DNA of 64,000 nucleotides from Pseudomonadota bacterium (lineage in GTDB: Bacteria > Pseudomonadota > Alphaproteobacteria > Rhodobacterales > Rhodobacteraceae): NCBI GenBank assembly GCA_039191215.1, contig JBCCXT010000015.1:43-64042 (forward strand). Direction: 5' to 3'. This document shows, one piece after another, positions 27,466 to 37,533 of this stretch. Position 1 is the stretch's first letter; every line of letters begins with the position of its first letter. The notes beneath the pieces are model-generated. The model was not told where the DNA came from and made no database searches. It was given only the letters and a program-made list of their open reading frames with translations. A program made the position numbers and the translations under genes.

Positions 27466-28014
27466 ATGGCGGCAGATACGTGGCATGGCACAACGATCAT
27501 CGGTGTGCGCAAAGCGGGCCAAGTGGTCGTGGCCGGCGATGGTCAGGTGAGTCTTGGTCAGACAGTCATCAAAGGCACGGCGCGCAAGGTGCGCCGCCTG
27601 AAGCCCGGCGGCCATGAAGTTGTCTGCGGTTTTGCGGGCTCCACCGCAGATGCGTTCACGCTTCTGGAGCGGCTGGAAGCCAAGCTAGAGGCGACGCCGG
27701 GCCAATTGCAGCGCGCCGCCGTTGAATTGGCCAAAGACTGGCGCACCGATAAATACCTGCAAAAGCTCGAAGCGATGCTGATTGTAACTGATGGGGCAGA
27801 GCTTTTTGTGATCACCGGCGCGGGCGACGTGTTGGAGCCCGAACATGGCGTGGCTGCCATCGGGTCGGGCGGAAACTACGCGCTTGCAGCGGCGCGCGCG
27901 ATGATCGACGGGCCCGAAGACGCCGAAACCATCGCCCGCCGCGCCCTGGAAATTGCGGCCGATATCTGTGTCTACACGAATGGAAACCTGACCGTTGAGG
28001 CCATCAGCGGATGA
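27466..28014 (+). CDS. hslV: ATP-dependent protease peptidase subunit
   Basis: HGTTI catalytic Thr, [29 protein letters not shown]. Confidence 0.97.
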   Translation: MAADTWHGTTIIGVRKAGQVVVAGDGQVSLGQTVIKGTARKVRRLKPGGHEVVCGFAGSTADAFTLLERLEAKLEATPGQLQRAAVELAKDWRTDKYLQKLEAMLIVTDGAELFVITGAGDVLEPEHGVAAIGSGGNYALAAARAMIDGPEDAETIARRALEIAADICVYTNGNLTVEAISG

Positions 28015-29099
28015 GCGAGTTGACCCGCGACGACATCCGCGCAGCCGTTGCGTCGGGTTTTATCACCGAGGCGCAGGCCGCATCGATCGTCACGCTTTCG
28101 GACGAACGGCGCGGCGTGCGCGACCGGATGTCTGGCCTTGATGAGCCGTTTGAGCTGTTTCGCGGGTTCAACGAGATCTTCATCGTCGTCGGCTTGGTGA
28201 TTCTGTTTTCGGGATGGGCCGGGCTGACCGGCCTGTCATTCATAGGGAGCAGCCAAGGTTACCTGCTGGCGATGCTTTTTGGCTGCATGGGTGCCGGGGC
28301 CATGGTCGCCCTTGCCGCGTATTTCACAATGAAGCGCCGGATGGTCGCGCCCTCCATTGCAATTGCCATCATGTTTGCACTGTCGGTGTCGCAATTCGGT
28401 CTGGGCGTGGCCTGGGCCTTCGATGCCGAAGCCCCGCAGGAACTGACGATCACCGCCTTGATCACCACGCTGGCATTGGCAGTCTATTTCATAAGGTTCC
28501 GGGTGCCGTTTGTGGTTGCGCTGATCTCCATAGGGGTCTTTGCGACCTGCTTCGGCCTGGTTTTCATCGGCGGCAGGTTCCCCGACAATATCGAAGACCT
28601 GTTCCTTTTGTCCGCCGATGGCCCCTTTGCCATCCTGACTTTTGTTCTGGGGATCATCGGGTTTTGCATTGCCATGTGGTTCGATATGGGTGACCCGCAT
28701 CGTGTAATGCTGAGGTCCCGAGCGGGCTTTTGGCTGCACATCATCGCCGCACCCGCGATAATCAACACCGTTGCCCTGACGCTCTTTTCCGTCGGAACGA
28801 TCCTGGCGCAAACTGTTCTTGTGGTTTTTGTCGCCGCTTTGGCGATTGTCGCCGTCGTGATCGACCGGCGATCCTTCCTGGTCTCGGGCGTTGGCTACAT
28901 CGTCGCCGTGGCCGTCACGCTGCTGGAAGACCAGGTATTCGTGGCGATTTTGGCGCTTGGCCTCGGCCTAGTCTTGCTGGGCGCGAAGTGGGAGAATTTG
29001 CGCGGCTGGATGATGACGCGCCTGCCCGATTTCCCGGGCAAAACGCGCCTGCCGCCCTGGTCGGTCAGCTCAGCTGAGCCACGCCAAGTGGAACATTGA
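28011..29099 (+). CDS. Polytopic membrane protein of unknown function
   Basis: 362 aa with roughly 10 or more hydrophobic segments; ATGA overlap with hslV; [14 protein letters not shown] motif. Confidence 0.8.
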   Translation: MSELTRDDIRAAVASGFITEAQAASIVTLSDERRGVRDRMSGLDEPFELFRGFNEIFIVVGLVILFSGWAGLTGLSFIGSSQGYLLAMLFGCMGAGAMVALAAYFTMKRRMVAPSIAIAIMFALSVSQFGLGVAWAFDAEAPQELTITALITTLALAVYFIRFRVPFVVALISIGVFATCFGLVFIGGRFPDNIEDLFLLSADGPFAILTFVLGIIGFCIAMWFDMGDPHRVMLRSRAGFWLHIIAAPAIINTVALTLFSVGTILAQTVLVVFVAALAIVAVVIDRRSFLVSGVGYIVAVAVTLLEDQVFVAILALGLGLVLLGAKWENLRGWMMTRLPDFPGKTRLPPWSVSSAEPRQVEH

Positions 29100-29436
29100 A
29101 GCGCTCGCACCAGATCCAGACCTGATTATAGACATCTGCGTCGATGCCAGCAGGGATGTCATAGCTCTGCGCGCCGGTATTGGACTGCAATGCGCCCATC
29201 AGCGTGGTTGGGTCAAAGCCATTTCGGCCCAGCCCGACCTTCGGATCAGGCGCGCCATCAAAAAAGAAATCATCCAGAAGATTGACCATGTTGTCAGCGA
29301 TCTCTGCCGTGCCGCTGGTGACATGGCCGCTATCGCCGGTGAATGTTCCGGTCCGGCCATGCCCGCCAGCCCGCAACGCGGCTGGCAGAACGAGAAGTCC
29401 GGGCGATGCAAGCAGAAGGGCGCGGCGGGTGAACAT
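29065..29436 (-). CDS. DM13-domain protein with a twin-arginine-like signal
   Basis: MFTRRALL signal; [35 protein letters not shown] are DM13 hallmarks. Confidence 0.85.
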   Translation of the reverse strand: MFTRRALLLASPGLLVLPAALRAGGHGRTGTFTGDSGHVTSGTAEIADNMVNLLDDFFFDGAPDPKVGLGRNGFDPTTLMGALQSNTGAQSYDIPAGIDADVYNQVWIWCERFNVPLGVAQLS

Positions 29437-29590
29437 GGGTCGATACCTTTTTTGTGTAATCGGTGCGCACAATTTGCGCCATTCCAGCAATTTCGCCTAG
29501 AGCCTCTACGCGAGTGTGAAACTTTGTGAGCGGCTTGTCGTTTGGCGCCCGTGGCCTTACCTCTCATCGACCAAGACCAAAGGGATGCCC

Positions 29591-30904
29591 ATGACCGACC
29601 TGACCCCGCGCGAGATCGTCTCGGAACTTGACCGTTTCATCATCGGCCAATCCGATGCCAAACGGGCGGTTGCTGTCGCGCTGCGCAATCGTTGGCGGCG
29701 CAAGCAATTGGCCGATGATCTGCGCGATGAGGTTTACCCAAAGAACATCCTGATGATCGGGCCAACCGGTGTCGGCAAGACCGAGATCTCGCGCCGGCTT
29801 GCCAAGTTGGCCCGCGCGCCGTTCATTAAGGTTGAAGCGACAAAGTTTACCGAAGTTGGCTATGTCGGACGCGATGTGGAACAGATCATCCGTGATCTCG
29901 TCGATGCGGCACAGTTCATGGTGCGTGAAACGATGCGCGAGGACGTCAAAGCGCGCGCCCACGAAGCCGCCGAAGACCGCGTGATCGAGGCGCTGGCCGG
30001 TGAGGCCGCGCGCGACGGCACGCGAGAGATGTTTCGCAAAAAGCTCCGCGCCGGAGAGCTCGACGACACGGTGATCGAACTAAGCGTGGCAGATACGTCC
30101 AACCCCCTTCAAGGTTTTGAAATTCCAGGCCAAGCCGGGCCGATGATGGGCGGCGGGGCAATGAATTTGGGTGATATCTTCGGCAAGGCCTTTGGCGGCC
30201 GGCAAGTTCGCAAGAAAATGACCGTTGCTGCCAGTTACGAGGTGCTGATCCAGGAAGAGGCTGACAACCTTTTGGACGAAGAGAACGTGACCCGGGAAGC
30301 CCTGTCTGCGGTGGAGCAGAACGGCATCGTGTTCATCGATGAGATCGACAAGGTTGCAGCCCGGCAAGAAGCCCGCGGCGGCGATGTCAGCCGCGAAGGC
30401 GTGCAGCGCGATCTACTTCCCCTGATCGAAGGCACAACCGTCAGCACCAAACATGGCGCGGTGAAAACCGACCACATCCTTTTTATCGCCTCAGGCGCTT
30501 TCCATATCGCCAAGCCTTCGGATTTGCTGCCAGAATTGCAAGGGCGCCTGCCCATTCGGGTGGAGCTTCGGGCGCTCACTGAGGCCGATTTCGTTCGCAT
30601 TCTGACCGAGACCGACAATGCACTGACCCGGCAATACACCGCCCTGATGGGAACCGAAGGGGTTGAGGTGAGCTTCACCGAAGATGGGATCAAAGCGCTG
30701 GCCCATATCGCGGCTGAAGTGAATGGCTCTGTCGAGAACATCGGCGCACGGCGGCTTTATACGGTGCTTGAACGCGTGTTTGAGGAGCTGAGCTTCGCCG
30801 CCCCCGACCGCGCTGGCCAATCGGTCACTGTCGATGCCGCTTTCGTCAACGAAAACCTGGGCGAGCTGACCCGCAACACCGATCTGAGCCGCTACGTTTT
30901 ATGA
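29591..30904 (+). CDS. hslU: ATP-dependent protease ATPase subunit
   Basis: [32 protein letters not shown] pore loop, DEIDK, C-terminal DLSRYVL. Confidence 0.97.
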   Translation: MTDLTPREIVSELDRFIIGQSDAKRAVAVALRNRWRRKQLADDLRDEVYPKNILMIGPTGVGKTEISRRLAKLARAPFIKVEATKFTEVGYVGRDVEQIIRDLVDAAQFMVRETMREDVKARAHEAAEDRVIEALAGEAARDGTREMFRKKLRAGELDDTVIELSVADTSNPLQGFEIPGQAGPMMGGGAMNLGDIFGKAFGGRQVRKKMTVAASYEVLIQEEADNLLDEENVTREALSAVEQNGIVFIDEIDKVAARQEARGGDVSREGVQRDLLPLIEGTTVSTKHGAVKTDHILFIASGAFHIAKPSDLLPELQGRLPIRVELRALTEADFVRILTETDNALTRQYTALMGTEGVEVSFTEDGIKALAHIAAEVNGSVENIGARRLYTVLERVFEELSFAAPDRAGQSVTVDAAFVNENLGELTRNTDLSRYVL

Positions 30905-30905
30905 G

Positions 30906-30931
30906 GCGGGGGGCATTATCATGCCCCCCGC
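30906..30931. terminator. Perfect 11-bp hairpin between convergent hslU and the small ORF
   Basis: GCGGGGGGCAT-TATC-ATGCCCCCCGC; lacks a U-tract. Confidence 0.65.
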
Positions 30932-30939
30932 TGGTAGCT

Positions 30940-31104
30940 CTATTCAAACCGCGAAATCATCGCCCAATGCTCGCAGCCATAGATATCTGGAAACGCGTCG
31001 CCTCGCAGAACGATGCACGTGACATGCGGGAACTGTTCGCATCTCCATATGCCGGTCTCCGGGCAGCTATAGGTTGCAGGTGTTCGGATTTTTGATGTGC
31101 GCAT
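30940..31104 (-). CDS. Putative 54-aa Cys-rich small protein (YjzC/zinc-ribbon-like pattern)
   Basis: Manual translation MRTSKIRTPATYSCPETGIWRCEQFPHVTCIVLRGDAFPDIYGCEHWAMISRFE; AAGGA SD; hairpin right after the stop. Confidence 0.6.
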   Translation of the reverse strand: MRTSKIRTPATYSCPETGIWRCEQFPHVTCIVLRGDAFPDIYGCEHWAMISRFE

Positions 31105-31288
31105 TTCTCTTCCTTTTGTTCATGTTCAGGAAGAGCTCAAGATTGTCAGGCCTAGGACCCTCCCTTGAGGTCTACAGTATGGCGTATGGCTCAGCGATTC
31201 GCCAGGGCGAATATAGAAAAACTTATTACTTTCAATGATTTGAGCAATGCCTTCGCCGAGTGATGAGGGCCGCTCATCACGCTCGGCT

Positions 31289-31359
31289 AGAAAAAGAAAA
31301 GGTCCCAAGCCGAATGGCCCGGGACCTTTTCAAACTTGGGGTCCCCAAGCCTGACTCCC
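31289..31359 (-). ncRNA. Candidate ~70-nt two-hairpin sRNA
   Basis: Upstream TTGCTC-N17-TATAGA; hairpin 31330-31354; second hairpin 31296-31331 followed by a U-tract. Confidence 0.45.
31290..31331 (-). terminator. Rho-independent terminator (possibly bidirectional)
   Basis: GAAAAGGTCCC (31296-31306) / GGGACCTTTTC (31321-31331); UUUUCUUUUU follows the GC stem on the minus strand. Confidence 0.8.
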
Positions 31360-31407
31360 ATTCTATAACACAAGTGCCGCTGCGGAGCAACGCGAGGCAG
31401 CGCGTGC

Positions 31408-31998
31408 CTATCGCTTGAGGTAGACGTAATAGGCACCGTCGCCGCCGTGTTTGAGATGTGCGGTTCGAATGTCGAGGACGACCGCACCCAAAGGCGGGGA
31501 CTGAAGCCAAGCGGGAACCTGGTGGCGCAACACGCCGCGCCGGATTGGGATCGGGCCATCATCGTCCCTGTCCCGGCCTTTGCCGGTGATGACCAGGACC
31601 AAGCGTTTGCCAGCGGCATGGGCGTTCTGGATGAAGCGCGTGAGCACCGGATGGGCACGCGCTAGGGTCATGCCATGCAGATCGATGCGCGCCTCAGGCG
31701 TGATCTTGCCCCGCACCATTTTTTTGTGCGTGCCATGATGCATCCGAACCGGGGCGCCATTGACATGCTCCGCGACTGACGGGGCGAGCATGTGCGCCAG
31801 CTCCGGTGTCGGTGCGTTGCCGATGCGAAAATCGCTAAGCTTGCGGTCCGGCACCGATCTGACTTTCTGACTTTTCTGCTCTTTTACAGGCGCTTGGGTA
31901 TTGGATTTGCGATCCTTTACCAAGGGCGTCGCGGTCGCGGTGACGCGTTCCCAAAGCGCACGATCCTCGGCGCTCAGACCCCGGCGGCGGCGTGCCAT
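31408..31998 (-). CDS. Smr-domain endonuclease-like protein
   Basis: IDLHGMT, LVITGKG, HGGDGAYYVYL. Confidence 0.93.
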   Translation of the reverse strand: MARRRRGLSAEDRALWERVTATATPLVKDRKSNTQAPVKEQKSQKVRSVPDRKLSDFRIGNAPTPELAHMLAPSVAEHVNGAPVRMHHGTHKKMVRGKITPEARIDLHGMTLARAHPVLTRFIQNAHAAGKRLVLVITGKGRDRDDDGPIPIRRGVLRHQVPAWLQSPPLGAVVLDIRTAHLKHGGDGAYYVYLKR

Positions 31999-33038
31999 CA
32001 GGTGCCGTGTGCCAGGCTCAGTGCCTGTTCGATCGGCAGCAGTACAACCATTCTGCCCCGATCGCGGATACGACCCGCCGCAAGACCCGCCGCATCGCCC
32101 GTTCCGTAGAAAATGTCGGCGCGCTGCGCGCCTTGGATGGCGCTGCCGGTATCTTGCGCGATCATCAGGCGGTTCATCGGGTCATCGCCCGCCTTTTCGA
32201 TCCAAACCGGAGCACCCAAGGGCGTAAATGTCGGATCAACGGCAATGGTACGCAAGGTTGTGATCGACCGGTTCATCGCGCCAAGCGGGCCGTCATCGGG
32301 GTCATCGATGCGAACTTCGCGGAAAAAGACGTAAGATGGATTGTGCCGCAACAGCTCCAGCCCTTCTTCGGGGTGGCGCCGGACCCAGGATTGGATGACC
32401 TGGGCCGAGACCTGATGCGGCTGATAGACGCCGCGGCGGACCAATTCCTGGCCGACGGATCGGTATTCATGACCGTTGCGCCCGCCATAGCCTACTCGAA
32501 TGACGCTGCCATCTGTCAAGCGCACCCTTCCAGAGCCCTGTATTTGCAGGAAAAAGACGTCGACCGGATCGTCGATCCAGGCAATCTCCAACCCCCGACC
32601 ATCAAGCAATTGCTGCTCTTCGATCTCCGCGCGTGTGTGCCATAACCCGGTCACTTCGGGCGGTGTGCGATAGATCGGGTACTGGAAGCGCTCGGTCCGC
32701 GTGCGAGAGCCGCTCAATTCCGGCTCAAAATAACCGGTGAAGAGCGCTGAACGCTCGCCACCAATCAGCACCGGGCGGAAAAACAGTTCAAAAAACGCGC
32801 GCGGGTTGGATCCTTGGGTCTGCGCAACAGCGCAAAGTGCCGACCACTCACTATCGCGAAGATCAGGACAGGTCTCAAGGAAGGTGGCCAAAGCTGCGGC
32901 ATGGTCATCATCGCCCCAGCCTTGCAATTCGCTAAACTCAAGCAGCCGGGCCGGCGTCTCCGCGGGCGGGACCTGGCCTACCCCCATGCTCGCCACACAT
33001 CCCAGGACGGCGGCGGCCAACCACGCCCGGGCACCCAT
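31998..33038 (-). CDS. mltA: Lytic murein transglycosylase A
   Basis: FTGYFEP, FFLQIQGSG, NPSYVFF, AQDTGSAIQG..RADIFYG (3D domain). Confidence 0.94.
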   Translation of the reverse strand: MGARAWLAAAVLGCVASMGVGQVPPAETPARLLEFSELQGWGDDDHAAALATFLETCPDLRDSEWSALCAVAQTQGSNPRAFFELFFRPVLIGGERSALFTGYFEPELSGSRTRTERFQYPIYRTPPEVTGLWHTRAEIEEQQLLDGRGLEIAWIDDPVDVFFLQIQGSGRVRLTDGSVIRVGYGGRNGHEYRSVGQELVRRGVYQPHQVSAQVIQSWVRRHPEEGLELLRHNPSYVFFREVRIDDPDDGPLGAMNRSITTLRTIAVDPTFTPLGAPVWIEKAGDDPMNRLMIAQDTGSAIQGAQRADIFYGTGDAAGLAAGRIRDRGRMVVLLPIEQALSLAHGT

Positions 33039-33041
33039 CGT

Positions 33042-33698
33042 TTAGCCGTCAGTGGCAACCAGCGACCAGTTCGGATCATCCGCACCCATCGAGCGGGCAA
33101 AGACCCAGACATCGCGCTGGCGCTTAATCTCATTGGGATCGCCTTCGATGATTTCGCCGTCGCTATTGCGCACCACGGACGTCAGCTCACCCACAAAACG
33201 AACCACAATCTCTCCCTGACGGCTGCTTTCATCAAAGCTCGCCCCGGCCAGAGAAACTTCGCGCACACCAACAAAGCTTGCCTCAATTGTCAGACCTTTC
33301 TCGGCGCGCTCCGCGATCACGCTGTCGAATGTCTCGGCCACATCGGCATCAAGAAAGCTGCGTACCTCTTCGATATCGCCCCGCTCAAAGGCCATCAGGA
33401 TCATCTCATAGGCGCCGCGCGCGCCCGACAGGAAATCGGACACCGAAAACGAGGGCTCGGCCTGTTTCATCGCGCTTAAAGCTTTGGCCTCATCGCTGCC
33501 GTCATCGACATGATCTGTGATGTCGCGGTCCGGGCCACCTTCGATCACCTCAAAGTCGCGCCGGGCACCGTTGCGGCCGACAGCTTTTTGCGGTGGTTTT
33601 TCGAAGCCTTCACGTGTGCCCAAAACACTGCGCAACCGCAGGATCAGAAAAACCGCGATGGCAGCGAGTACGACAAGCGACAAGAGCGGCGAGTTCAT
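33042..33698 (-). CDS. Tim44/TimA-like adaptor protein
   Basis: LRLRSVLG.R.GFE, FLSGARGAYEMI..AF..GD, DVWVFAR...DPNWSLVAT. Confidence 0.92.
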   Translation of the reverse strand: MNSPLLSLVVLAAIAVFLILRLRSVLGTREGFEKPPQKAVGRNGARRDFEVIEGGPDRDITDHVDDGSDEAKALSAMKQAEPSFSVSDFLSGARGAYEMILMAFERGDIEEVRSFLDADVAETFDSVIAERAEKGLTIEASFVGVREVSLAGASFDESSRQGEIVVRFVGELTSVVRNSDGEIIEGDPNEIKRQRDVWVFARSMGADDPNWSLVATDG

Positions 33699-33812
33699 CA
33701 GGTATCCTCAGGGCAGGCGTTCAACTTGCGGCAGTTGCAACATATGTAGGGGAGGCAGGTGGACAAGTCCATCACGAGCCATGCACCATGTCTTTACGCA
33801 AGAGGACCGCCA

Positions 33813-34271
33813 ATGTGGCTATTTTTCTTATTTGTCGCAGTTCCGCTCATTGAAATTGCGCTTTTCATTCAAATCGGCGGCATAATCGGGCTTTGGCCGA
33901 CCTTGGCGATTGTTGTGCTGACTGCGGCGATCGGTACCTATTTGGTGCGCGCGCAGGGCGGTCAAGCACTGCAGAATCTGCGTCAAAGCTTCGAAGAGCT
34001 GTCTGACCCAACAGGGCCCTTGGCGCATGGAGCCATGATTCTCTTTTCCGGCGCACTTTTGCTTACGCCCGGTTTTTTTACCGATGCCGTCGGATTTGCC
34101 CTGCTTGTTCCGGCCGTTCGCCGGATCATCATCCGCGAGATCGGCAAACGGATTGAGCTGCGCAATGTCGAATATGGCCAAAGGCCGCCCGAGGCGCGGG
34201 ACGATATCATAGAAGGCGAGTTTCAGTCTGATGACGGCCCAACAGGGCCATCCGGTTGGACGCGGCATTGA
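33813..34271 (+). CDS. fxsA: FxsA family membrane protein
   Basis: VPLIEIALFI.IG, LLLTPGFFTDAVG; ATG 33813 after GAGG. Confidence 0.92.
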   Translation: MWLFFLFVAVPLIEIALFIQIGGIIGLWPTLAIVVLTAAIGTYLVRAQGGQALQNLRQSFEELSDPTGPLAHGAMILFSGALLLTPGFFTDAVGFALLVPAVRRIIIREIGKRIELRNVEYGQRPPEARDDIIEGEFQSDDGPTGPSGWTRH

Positions 34272-34333
34272 GCGCCGGCACGCGACCTGTTAGGCAACGG
34301 CGCTAGGGGCATATTTAGCGAAGGAAGATGTGG

Positions 34334-34846
34334 ATGGCCGAACAAAACGGTGCAGATGTGAGCGACGAAGCAGAGGCGCAGGCACCGACACCGCCAAAAA
34401 TGCAGGTTCTAGGGCAATATGTTCGGGATCTGTCGTTTGAGAACATCGCAATGCAAAAGGGCGTGGCGCTGCAAGGTCAGCCGGAGATGCAGGTTCGCGT
34501 CGGAATGGATGCCCGCAAGCGGACGGACAATCAGTACGAAGTGCTGGTCAAGGTCAATGTCGACAGCAAGACGCGCGACGATGACCCGCAGACTATTTTC
34601 GCGCTAGAGCTCGACTATGGCGGCATCTTCCAGATCGAGAATGTACCAGAGGCGCAATTGCATCCGTTTTTGATGATCGAATGCCCCCGGATGCTGTTTC
34701 CCTTCATCCGCCGGGTTGTCCATGACATCACGCGCGATGGCGGCTTCCCACCGCTCAACCTGGAAAACATCGATTTCATGAACATTTACCGCCAAGAGCT
34801 TGAGCGGCGTAAGGCAGGGCAAGACGCCGATAGCGCTCAGGCGTAG
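34334..34846 (+). CDS. secB: Protein-export chaperone
   Basis: [32 protein letters not shown]. Confidence 0.95.
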   Translation: MAEQNGADVSDEAEAQAPTPPKMQVLGQYVRDLSFENIAMQKGVALQGQPEMQVRVGMDARKRTDNQYEVLVKVNVDSKTRDDDPQTIFALELDYGGIFQIENVPEAQLHPFLMIECPRMLFPFIRRVVHDITRDGGFPPLNLENIDFMNIYRQELERRKAGQDADSAQA

Positions 34847-35523
34847 CGCGACCAAAGCGCCCCGTCACCAAGCTCTTCGACAAACGCATCATGCGCCGCG
34901 CGTTCGGCTTCGGTCACGCGCGGCGCTAGGTCGTTTGGTCGCGGATAGGCGCGCCAGCTGTGCTGTTTTGGCCCTGTTTCTCCACCATCACCGCCGAGCA
35001 CGAAATCGGGCTGCCGGCCACCGATCAGTTCTAGGTACACCTCTGCCAGAATTTCGGAATCGAGCAGAGCGCCGTGTTTTTCGCGGGCAGAATTGTCGAC
35101 GCCAAAACGCCGACAAAGTGCATCCAGCGAACCGGGAGAGCCGGGAAAGCGGCGCCTTGCAATTGCCAGCGTGTCGATCGCTTGATCACCGGGAAGCGGT
35201 GCGATACCGGCCCAGCCGAGCTCGGCGTTTAAGAACTTCATGTCGAAGGCGGCGTTGTGAATGACAAGTTTCGCATCACCGACAAAATCCACGAAAGCCT
35301 GCGCGATAGCCTCGAAAACCGGTTTGTCAGCCAAAAATTCGCTGGTGATCCCGTGCACCTCATAGGCCTCAGTCGGCATATCGCGTTTGGGATTGATGTA
35401 TTGATGGTATGTCCGCCCGGTGGGCACATGGTTCCAAAGCTCGACCCCGCCGATCTCAACGATCCGATGACCCTCTGACGGATCGAGCCCCGTGGTTTCG
35501 GTGTCTAAAACGATCTCGCGCAT
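34837..35523 (-). CDS. dnaQ: DNA polymerase III epsilon subunit
   Basis: LDTETTG, HNAAFD, HGALLD (DEDDh exonuclease). Confidence 0.96.
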   Translation of the reverse strand: MREIVLDTETTGLDPSEGHRIVEIGGVELWNHVPTGRTYHQYINPKRDMPTEAYEVHGITSEFLADKPVFEAIAQAFVDFVGDAKLVIHNAAFDMKFLNAELGWAGIAPLPGDQAIDTLAIARRRFPGSPGSLDALCRRFGVDNSAREKHGALLDSEILAEVYLELIGGRQPDFVLGGDGGETGPKQHSWRAYPRPNDLAPRVTEAERAAHDAFVEELGDGALWSRYA

Positions 35524-35529
35524 TTTGGC

Positions 35530-36114
35530 CTACCCAGGTATCGTGAGATTTGCGATCAAATCTTCTACATCTTGACGGGTTTGTTCAAGGCTTCGCGTCT
35601 CAATGATGTGATCCGCCAGGGCACGTTTTTCAGCATCTGGCATTTGGCGATCCAATATCTGCTGCATCAGCGCCTCGGACATGTTCGGCCGGGCTAACAC
35701 ACGGTCACGTTGGGTCGCGGTATCAATGGTCACGACCAGAATTGCATCAAAATCGTCCCGGTTTCCGGTTTCAAACAAAAGCGGAATGTCGAGCACCACA
35801 AGCGGGGCGTTTTTGTGCTCCGCCAGGAAAGTTGACCGATCTTGAGCGACCAAAGGGTGCACAACAGATTCGAGACGATCGAGCCTGTTTGGATCAGAAT
35901 TGATCCACTTTTTGAGGACCGCGCGATCGACGCCACCGGAGGTCACGGCATCAGGGCAAATCTCCCCGACCGCGTCGACGGCACCGCCGCCTGGGGCGTA
36001 AAGCCGGTGCACGGCAGCATCGGCGTCCCAGACGGGAATGCCCGCATCATGAAACATTCTGGCCGTGGTAGATTTGCCCATCCCGATCGAGCCGGTCAGA
36101 CCGAGGCGGATCAT
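35530..36114 (-). CDS. coaE: Dephospho-CoA kinase
   Basis: GLTGSIGMGKST, VHPLV, DIPLLFE. Confidence 0.95.
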   Translation of the reverse strand: MIRLGLTGSIGMGKSTTARMFHDAGIPVWDADAAVHRLYAPGGGAVDAVGEICPDAVTSGGVDRAVLKKWINSDPNRLDRLESVVHPLVAQDRSTFLAEHKNAPLVVLDIPLLFETGNRDDFDAILVVTIDTATQRDRVLARPNMSEALMQQILDRQMPDAEKRALADHIIETRSLEQTRQDVEDLIANLTIPG

Positions 36115-36941
36115 GCCTTCAGGACCGCGTCGCGCAGCATCTGGTCAACCTCGGGGCGTTTGCCGAACCAGCGTTCAAATCCGGGGGCTGCCTGGTGCAG
36201 CAACATCCCCAGGCCGTCCACCGTTTCGCAACCGGCGGCGCGTGCGGCCAGCAGGAAATCTGTGTCAACCGGCGTATAGACAATGTCCGTCACAACCGTT
36301 CCTGGTCTGGCCCGAGAAAAATCGACCTGCAGCGCGCCAGCGCCTGACATGCCAAGCGATGTCGTGTTCACAATAGTCTGCATGTCGCTGACCGCATCAT
36401 CGATCCGCGCCCATGGCAAAAGCTCGATCCGGGCGCCAAGTTGATCGCGAATTGCTTCGGCCCGAGCCCGTGTCCGATTGGCCAGAATAATTCGTGGCAC
36501 GCCTTCTTGTATAAGGGCGGAAAGAATTGCTCGGCTGGCGCCGCCTGCGCCAAGAACCATGGCCGGGCCCAAACCGGGCTGCCAATGGGGGATGTGCTGT
36601 CGAATATTGGCGATAAACCCCCTGCCATCGGTGTTGTCGGCCTGAAGTCCCGACGGCGTGAAGGTGAGTGTGTTTGCCGCGCCAATAAGGGCTGCTCGAT
36701 CCGTCACATTTGTCGCTAAGGAAAGCGCCTGTTCTTTATGAGGGATCGTCACGTTGACACCGCTAAAGCCCATTTTTGGCAGGTTTTTTAGTACGTTGGC
36801 CAGGTTATCATGGGTGACATGCAGCGGCACGTAATGCCCGCGAATGCGGTAGCGTTTCAGCCAATGCCCATGCAGCGCCGGCGATTTCGAATGGACAATT
36901 GGGTCGCCAATGACGCCGGCCAACAGAACTCGATCACGCAT
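36111..36941 (-). CDS. aroE: Shikimate dehydrogenase
   Basis: HSKSP, NVTIPHK, AANTL, NTD, GAGGA, DGLGMLLHQA; start ATG 36941. Confidence 0.95.
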   Translation of the reverse strand: MRDRVLLAGVIGDPIVHSKSPALHGHWLKRYRIRGHYVPLHVTHDNLANVLKNLPKMGFSGVNVTIPHKEQALSLATNVTDRAALIGAANTLTFTPSGLQADNTDGRGFIANIRQHIPHWQPGLGPAMVLGAGGASRAILSALIQEGVPRIILANRTRARAEAIRDQLGARIELLPWARIDDAVSDMQTIVNTTSLGMSGAGALQVDFSRARPGTVVTDIVYTPVDTDFLLAARAAGCETVDGLGMLLHQAAPGFERWFGKRPEVDQMLRDAVLKA

Positions 36942-37533
36942 CGTGCAACACCCCTCGTGTTTCAAGATACGAACAAAGCTCCAAAAGCGGGAGGCCGAGA
37001 ATTGTGAACGTGTCGCCTGTGATGCGCCGAAACAATCTTGGGCCTTCTTCTTCGAGTTTATAGGCGCCCACGCTATCTGCGACGCCGGGCCAGTTGCGGG
37101 AAAGATAAGCCTCGATGAACCTGCCGGTCAGCGGCTTCATCGCCAGCTTTGCCTCCGTCACAGCGCGCCAGGTTTGAACGCCGTCTTCGGCAATTACCGC
37201 CGCGCTGATCAGTCGATGTTCGCGCCCGGCCAACATTTCAAGTTGCGCGGCGGCGGCCGCAAGCGTTGCGGGCTTGGATATGACCTCTCGATCCAGAAGC
37301 AAAATCTGGTCGCACCCGATGACAAGGGCGCCTGGCGCTTTTAGGCTTACTTTTACGGCCTTTTGCGCGGCAAGTTGGTCAGCGATATCCCGGCCGGACG
37401 CGTTTTCCGCCTGCATGGCTCGGCGCAGCGCCTCTTCGTCGATGCGGGCGGGCTGGACGGCAAAGGAAAGCCCGATGCGATGCAGAAGCGTCGCGCGGAT
37501 CGATGAACCGGAGGCGAGAATGACAGAAGCCAT
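36934..37533 (-). CDS. maf: Maf-family nucleotide pyrophosphatase
   Basis: ILASGSSIR, IDE, VIGCDQ, SKP, VGAYKLE, ILGLP. Confidence 0.93.
   Translation of the reverse strand: MASVILASGSSIRATLLHRIGLSFAVQPARIDEEALRRAMQAENASGRDIADQLAAQKAVKVSLKAPGALVIGCDQILLLDREVISKPATLAAAAAQLEMLAGREHRLISAAVIAEDGVQTWRAVTEAKLAMKPLTGRFIEAYLSRNWPGVADSVGAYKLEEEGPRLFRRITGDTFTILGLPLLELCSYLETRGVLHDA

Noticed and set aside
30901-31308. ORF-track calls 30901-31095 (+) and 31126-31308 (-)
   Set aside because: The first runs through a hairpin and is antisense to the better-supported 54-aa ORF; the second starts inside a terminator with no SD.
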